IMG/VR virus record: IMGVR_UViG_3300030372_002152
Location: 1-50,379 of that record
Reading direction: 5' to 3' (one strand)
DNA length: 50,379 nt
Source: a virus
Taxonomy: Duplodnaviria; Caudoviricetes
The notes under the pieces are model-generated. The model saw only the letters and a list, made by a program, of their open reading frames with translations. It ran no database searches and was not told the origin of the DNA. Of this stretch, positions 46,352 through 50,379 are shown piece by piece; positions within the stretch are counted from its first letter, which is position 1; each line of letters opens with the position of its first letter. The position numbers and the translations under genes are program-made.

Positions 46352-46718
46352 TTTTAATTGATGTTTCGCTAACCTCTAAAACAAGATGCCCACCCTCAAT
46401 AAGTCTTTGAAGTTGGTCATCCGATAGAGGTATGGACTCTGCAAAATCGTCTCCACCTACGGCTCTCCGACTACGTTCCCAAACATCATCATCCGTGTGA
46501 GGATCGTAACCCAAAGCATAGACCACGAGATTTTCTTCGTGATCCTTGTCAGCATAACCATTCATGACATAAATCCCTTCATCCTTCACAAAGTAAAAAC
46601 CTTTCTGTTTCGTTGTTTTCTTGGTGTACGGAACACGGAACTTGCCCTTGGCGAGGGTGTTCCTCGCCAAGTCCTTCATAGTTTTTGAACTCCTAAATCT
46701 CAATCTAGCTGACATCAT
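46341..46718 (-). CDS. DUF3085-like protein
   Basis: FVKDEGIYVM...VYALGYDP...GGDDFAE. Confidence 0.75.
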   Translation of the reverse strand: MMSARLRFRSSKTMKDLARNTLAKGKFRVPYTKKTTKQKGFYFVKDEGIYVMNGYADKDHEENLVVYALGYDPHTDDDVWERSRRAVGGDDFAESIPLSDDQLQRLIEGGHLVLEVSETSIKIEA

Positions 46719-47116
46719 GATGCCATCTCCTCAATTGAAAAATTAGCTTTTACCCAATCGGTGGGAAATTTGTATCGCTTGAGAGTCTTCACGTCTTGAA
46801 GAATAAACGGATACTTTCTGTTGGCTCGTTTGTAGCCAACGAGTTTTAGATCCATATTATTATTATGAGCCGAATAGTTCACGATTCTATCTTTATCCAA
46901 TCTCGTTCCAAAAATGGATAAATAGTCTTCAAGATCTCTTTCGTCTTTTGGCTTTGACCCCTTCACTTTGACACTAAGCTTGAACGTCACTTCCGTATCA
47001 GAAAAGCTAGCGTTACCAACATGGGCAACTAAATCGTCCCAATGGTCTAGCCTATTGTCAAACATATCTTGGATCTCTGTCCTAAGATTTCTAACTACTT
47101 GTTTATTAATCTGCAT
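46715..47116 (-). CDS. Hypothetical early protein
   Basis: AAGGAG RBS; LVGYKRANRKYP...YKF. Confidence 0.7.
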   Translation of the reverse strand: MQINKQVVRNLRTEIQDMFDNRLDHWDDLVAHVGNASFSDTEVTFKLSVKVKGSKPKDERDLEDYLSIFGTRLDKDRIVNYSAHNNNMDLKLVGYKRANRKYPFILQDVKTLKRYKFPTDWVKANFSIEEMAS

Positions 47117-47166
47117 TTCTTTCTCCTTTTTTTGTTATGCAAAATCCATCATCTAAGACAATGGTC

Positions 47167-47193
47167 ATATGGCACTCATGACAAGTGCCATAT
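47167..47193. promoter_or_regulatory. Perfect 10-bp intergenic inverted repeat
   Basis: ATATGGCACT-CATGACA-AGTGCCATAT. Confidence 0.55.
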
Positions 47194-47198
47194 AATCA

Positions 47199-47459
47199 TT
47201 ACCCACTTTGAAGGTGTGTACCGCAACGAGCACATTCCCAACCATGGAATCTGTGCCCCTCTTCCTCAAACTCATAATAGTCAGCGAAATCCCAACAATT
47301 ATGATTACCACGTTCTAAGGATTTGTAAGATGCTTGTTCCTTTTTGTACTCTCTCAAAAACTCTTCAGCATCCGATCTAAGATCAAAGACTTCAGAACCT
47401 CCATCATCAAACATGACCTCCCAAACCCCAACTCCATTTGTGCAACGTACTATTTCCAT
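47199..47459 (-). CDS. Hypothetical protein with C-terminal CxxC
   Basis: AGGAG RBS; HNC...WECARCG. Confidence 0.6.
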   Translation of the reverse strand: MEIVRCTNGVGVWEVMFDDGGSEVFDLRSDAEEFLREYKKEQASYKSLERGNHNCWDFADYYEFEEEGHRFHGWECARCGTHLQSG

Positions 47460-47470
47460 GATCCTTGCTC

Positions 47471-47725
47471 CTAGGCTTGTGGATCAAATGGAAACATCAT
47501 TCGTTCTCGTTCCATCTCATCCCATTGCTCTTCATTCGTTTCGTAATAATTACGGAACGCTTGACGTTCTTGCTCAGCTTGAGCCATTGCCGATAAATGC
47601 TCCTCATGTTCATATCGTGCGTATCCTTCTGGATCGTACTTTTCGAACATAGTCATATATTCTGCATAATCGTTTGGATCTTTGACATGCTCAAACCAAT
47701 TTGTTTTATCTATCTTTGGCATCAT
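47471..47725 (-). CDS. Acidic hypothetical protein
   Basis: AGGAGGT RBS. Confidence 0.65.
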   Translation of the reverse strand: MMPKIDKTNWFEHVKDPNDYAEYMTMFEKYDPEGYARYEHEEHLSAMAQAEQERQAFRNYYETNEEQWDEMERERMMFPFDPQA

Positions 47726-47731
47726 TACCTC

Positions 47732-48124
47732 CTAATCAAATCTAGCAATTTTAGTTGTGCCCTTGGCAAAGTCTTCAATTGCCACTATACCACTTTGAAA
47801 CTGATACATGGTAAATTTACCCTTCTCCGTTTTGTAGTGGATCACGACCAACGCATCCATGTCCTCATCTTCCTCGTAAGGTGAAATATATTTATTGTCC
47901 TCAACCTTACCTTTGAAAGCAAACGTACCAAAGCCACCGAACCCATATTGCTTGTCCATGCCTTCGGCTATGCTATCAAGTGTGTCTTCACTATCCATGC
48001 ACGATTGAATGAAAAAGTTAGGAACGATCCCACACATTTCCTCTAAGTGTTGGTTTGAGCATTTGTATACTCCGTTTGGGTCAAGCTGTTTTGTAAATCC
48101 TTCAATAAGTATTGGAAATATCAT
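47732..48124 (-). CDS. Hypothetical early protein
   Basis: AAGGAG RBS; CGIVPNF...YGFGG...Y.SPYEEDEDM...IARFD. Confidence 0.7.
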   Translation of the reverse strand: MIFPILIEGFTKQLDPNGVYKCSNQHLEEMCGIVPNFFIQSCMDSEDTLDSIAEGMDKQYGFGGFGTFAFKGKVEDNKYISPYEEDEDMDALVVIHYKTEKGKFTMYQFQSGIVAIEDFAKGTTKIARFD

Positions 48125-48128
48125 TATA

Positions 48129-48686
48129 TTACTCCTTCTCTAAATGTTTTGTGTTTATGGCTTTACTCTTTGCCACTTCATAACGGCTTTTTTGTGTCCA
48201 CTCATAGGCACGATCAAAGCTGTCAAGATTCCATTTATGACTTCCTAGACTTGTGTCCAAAGTTACAGTATCCGAAATAGATACGATCTCATCTCCGTTG
48301 TCGTTGGAGATTATAAAATCTGCCTTGGTTGGATCTAAGGCTATTAACTTTATAAACTTCAGCAACTTCCACACAACTTTGTCGTAAGGTAGTTCTAAAG
48401 TTTTGCAGAAGTTAAAATAGGTTTTGTCGCCCTCGTACCTTGGCTTTGGTTCGCGCTTATTAAGAACAAAACTTTCACAAGATCCACCTTCGCCACCATG
48501 AAAATATATTTCTTCATCTTCATATTGTGTTTTTTGAAATGGATCTTTCACATTTACTGCACCAAGATTTACCAACTTTCTGTACTCTTCTTTTTTCATA
48601 AGAGTGTTAAAATAGTCCACGATCTCAACCCATTCGCTATCTGTAAAATCCCGATACTGATACCAATAATTTGTGTAACCCATCAC
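48129..48686 (-). CDS. Hypothetical early protein (MGYTNYW...FNFCKT..PYD)
   Basis: Motif pattern familiar from phage early proteins; coupled to the upstream gene. Confidence 0.7.
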   Translation of the reverse strand: MMGYTNYWYQYRDFTDSEWVEIVDYFNTLMKKEEYRKLVNLGAVNVKDPFQKTQYEDEEIYFHGGEGGSCESFVLNKREPKPRYEGDKTYFNFCKTLELPYDKVVWKLLKFIKLIALDPTKADFIISNDNGDEIVSISDTVTLDTSLGSHKWNLDSFDRAYEWTQKSRYEVAKSKAINTKHLEKE

Positions 48687-48901
48687 TCCATCTCCTTTGC
48701 TATTTTGTTTAATTTATTTTTTTCTTCATCCGTGAATATGTGCCAAACGTCTGAAATAGGTCTATTCTCATTAAAAAGCTTTTCACTCTCACGAACTCCT
48801 TTTTTCCAAAGAGCATAATATAAATCGTCTGTTACTCCTTCCACGCATTCTGCTACTTGATCACAAGTCCAATGCGTAAATAAAAAGTTAGGTTTAATCA
48901 T
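48683..48901 (-). CDS. Hypothetical protein (MIKPNFL...)
   Basis: GGAGG RBS before ATG 48901. Confidence 0.6.
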   Translation of the reverse strand: MIKPNFLFTHWTCDQVAECVEGVTDDLYYALWKKGVRESEKLFNENRPISDVWHIFTDEEKNKLNKIAKEME

Positions 48902-49037
48902 CTTCTTTAACCTCCCTATCTCCCAAAAGATCTGCAATCTTTTCCAAAGTTTCTTGACCACTAGAGGACATTCTATCCCAATCCCAGTAAAGATCGCCCA
49001 CGAGCTTGATCAATTCTTTCTTTTCTTCTTTATCCAT
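48894..49037 (-). CDS. First early gene, 47 aa (MDKEEKKELIKLVGDLYWDWDRMSSSGQETL...; not in ORF track)
   Basis: AAGGAG RBS downstream of a promoter; open to TAA at 48894. Confidence 0.65.
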   Translation of the reverse strand: MDKEEKKELIKLVGDLYWDWDRMSSSGQETLEKIADLLGDREVKEDD

Positions 49038-49063
49038 TTTCTGTCTCCTTTATAACTAAATGG

Positions 49064-49114
49064 TGGGGCAAACTGCCCCAATAAAAGTGTATTATAAAAA
49101 CAAATAAAAAACAA
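49064..49114 (-). promoter_or_regulatory. Leftward early promoter with 5' leader hairpin
   Basis: Minus strand TTGTTT (49114-49109), 17 bp, TACACT (49091-49086); TATAAT also at 49096-49091; hairpin TGGGGCA-AAC-TGCCCCA at 49064-49080. Confidence 0.6.
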
Positions 49115-49187
49115 GTACTTTTATTTCACCTATATACAGATATTTGCCCCCCCTACCTTTTTTTAAAAAAATATTTTGAAATTAGGT

Positions 49188-49286
49188 GTAATCACCGTAA
49201 TCACCGTAATCACCCTTTATAATCGTCAATAAATACAATAGTTTCATCTCAGCCCAGTTGATTACAAACTGATTACAGAATTACAC
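49188..49286. repeat. Inverted iteron-like arrays (candidate replication origin)
   Basis: GTAATCACC three times (49188-49214) facing TGATTACA twice plus AATTACA (49259-49285). Confidence 0.75.
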
Positions 49287-49321
49287 TTGGGGGGTCAAAA
49301 TCCCCTATATAGGGAAAAAGC

Positions 49322-49350
49322 TTGAAAAAATTTTCGCCTAGTATTATTTT
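49322..49350 (+). promoter_or_regulatory. Promoter for TerS, probably leaderless
   Basis: TTGAAA (49322-49327), 17 bp, TATTTT (49345-49350); ATG at 49357. Confidence 0.5.
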
Positions 49351-49356
49351 TTGGAT

Positions 49357-49911
49357 ATGACTAGATTATCGAAAACCAAAACTAAAAAGATTGAAGATGC
49401 CCACGATAGGCAACTGACGGATCGCCAAAAAACTTTTGCTAAATTTATTGTGGAAGGAATTTACTCCAATACAGAATGTGCCAGAAAATCTGGATACTCT
49501 CCAAACGTAGCAAAAAAGCAAGCGTCTGTTTTGTTGAACGGAAAAGATTATCCCCATGTCGTGGATTATATTGTTGAACTAAGAGAAGAAAAAGAAAGAC
49601 GCTATGGAGTGACCTTGATGGGTCAGCTTGAAAGACTTCATGAACTCTCAAGAGATGCACAAGAGAATAAACAATTTTCAGCAAGCATAAACGCTGAGAA
49701 AATTCGTTCTGCTTTAGGTGGCTTGTCTACTGACAGAAGATCTTCAGAAGTTACCCACGTTATAGATCAGATGAGCCGTGATGAAATAGTCGCTAGACTA
49801 TCTGCTCTTCAACAAAATTATCCTCAAGCTTTTACCATTCAAGAGGATGTTGAAGATGCCCAAACCCGAAACGAATCTTTGGAACTTATTCCGTCAAAGG
49901 CTGAAGGATAA
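49357..49911 (+). CDS. terS: Terminase small subunit
   Basis: LTDRQKTFAKFIVEG..SNTECARKSGYS HTH, followed by SASINAEKIR...GL. Confidence 0.85.
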   Translation: MTRLSKTKTKKIEDAHDRQLTDRQKTFAKFIVEGIYSNTECARKSGYSPNVAKKQASVLLNGKDYPHVVDYIVELREEKERRYGVTLMGQLERLHELSRDAQENKQFSASINAEKIRSALGGLSTDRRSSEVTHVIDQMSRDEIVARLSALQQNYPQAFTIQEDVEDAQTRNESLELIPSKAEG

Positions 49912-50239
49912 AGGTTACTTTTATACTCGTATAGAGAATCGTAGTGGTGGGGGTATTCCCGATACTTATATTGTTGGCGATCAAGGTTGTTTTTGGGTTG
50001 AGTTAAAGGTAACCAACGGAAACAAAATAAATGTGTCTCCTCATCAAATAGCTTGGCATACTTCACATTCATTAAAAGGGGGTCGGAGTTTTATCTTGGC
50101 TAAGCACCTCTCTTCCTCAATCCTATTTTTGTTTGAAGGGTCAAAGGTTCGGGAATTGAGCACTTCGGGTCTTAAAACAGAAAGCATGGTTCAAGGATCG
50201 TGGAACGAGATTTTTGATACTCTCGAACACAAGATATAG
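49856..50239 (+). CDS. PD-(D/E)xK nuclease, Holliday junction resolvase / VRR-NUC-like
   Basis: PETNLW...RIEN...GIPD...FWVELK...SPHQIAWH; GAGGA upstream. Confidence 0.85.
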   Translation: MPKPETNLWNLFRQRLKDKGYFYTRIENRSGGGIPDTYIVGDQGCFWVELKVTNGNKINVSPHQIAWHTSHSLKGGRSFILAKHLSSSILFLFEGSKVRELSTSGLKTESMVQGSWNEIFDTLEHKI

Positions 50240-50259
50240 ATTCGCTATTTCGGGAAAAA

Positions 50260-50325
50260 AATCAATATATAGAGCTGCATACTACATATAGTAGTTGAGG
50301 CTGGCCCGGGTACCATATGTAGTGG
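50260..50325. promoter_or_regulatory. Three NrdR-box-like palindromes
   Basis: AATCAATATATAGAGC (50260), ATACTACATATAGTAG (50279) and GTACCATATGTAGTGG (50310) all fit the core CnAnATnTnG. Confidence 0.55.
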
Positions 50326-50379
50326 TTTTCGGGTCGGGGGTCTAGGTTTTCGGGTCGGGGATCGGGGTCGGGCGGTGAT
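50324..50379 (+). repeat. TCGGG-rich direct repeats at the contig end
   Basis: GGTTTTCGGGTCGGGG at 50324-50339 and 50345-50360, plus further TCGGG copies; similar TCGG run at 38-50. Confidence 0.8.

Larger units (their letters stand above)
1..50379. mobile_element. Near-complete tailed dsDNA bacteriophage genome (podovirus-like, marine uvMED/pelagiphage-like architecture)
   Basis: TerS, TerL, portal, major capsid, tail fibre, ejection, lysis and PolA replication genes are all present. No host housekeeping genes, tape measure or tail sheath were seen. Both ends lie in similar TCGG-rich non-coding sequence. Confidence 0.95.

Noticed and set aside
1-50379. Integrase, att site, tRNA genes or RNA polymerase
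   Set aside because: No recognisable motifs were found by eye, and intergenic gaps are short with no cloverleaf seen. tRNAscan and HMM searches would be needed to exclude them formally.

Overview
The window appears to be an essentially complete ~50.4 kb genome of a marine podovirus-like dsDNA phage resembling uncultured uvMED/pelagiphage-type genomes. An alphaproteobacterial host is an inference only. The contig breaks inside a TCGGG-rich non-coding region between the resolvase and HNH genes. The plus strand (195-34450) carries HNH, an HlyC-like acyltransferase, TerL, portal, lysis cassette, GroES, scaffold, capsid, adaptors, tail fibres and ejection proteins. The minus strand (34428-49037) carries PolA (Leu762 type), an SF1 helicase, AEP primase, SSB, an RHH regulator, a C5 methyltransferase and small early genes, interrupted by a plus-strand SNF2 helicase. 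TerS and a resolvase follow a candidate origin at ~49.2 kb. No integrase, ribonucleotide reductase, tRNA or CRISPR array was recognised. Top observations: (1) a circularly permuted cytosine methyltransferase with motif I at the C-terminus; (2) three NrdR-box-like sites, two spaced 31 bp apart, in a phage with no nrd genes (possible repressor decoy); (3) a recurrent xxxGGx[IVM] peptide tag and a shared FKGx[YF] C-terminus in late proteins; (4) plus-strand-biased TCGG enrichment; (5) mirror-image overlapping divergent promoters; (6) an HlyC-like acyltransferase next to a Gly/Pro-rich candidate substrate. All family calls come from motif recognition by eye, with no database search.
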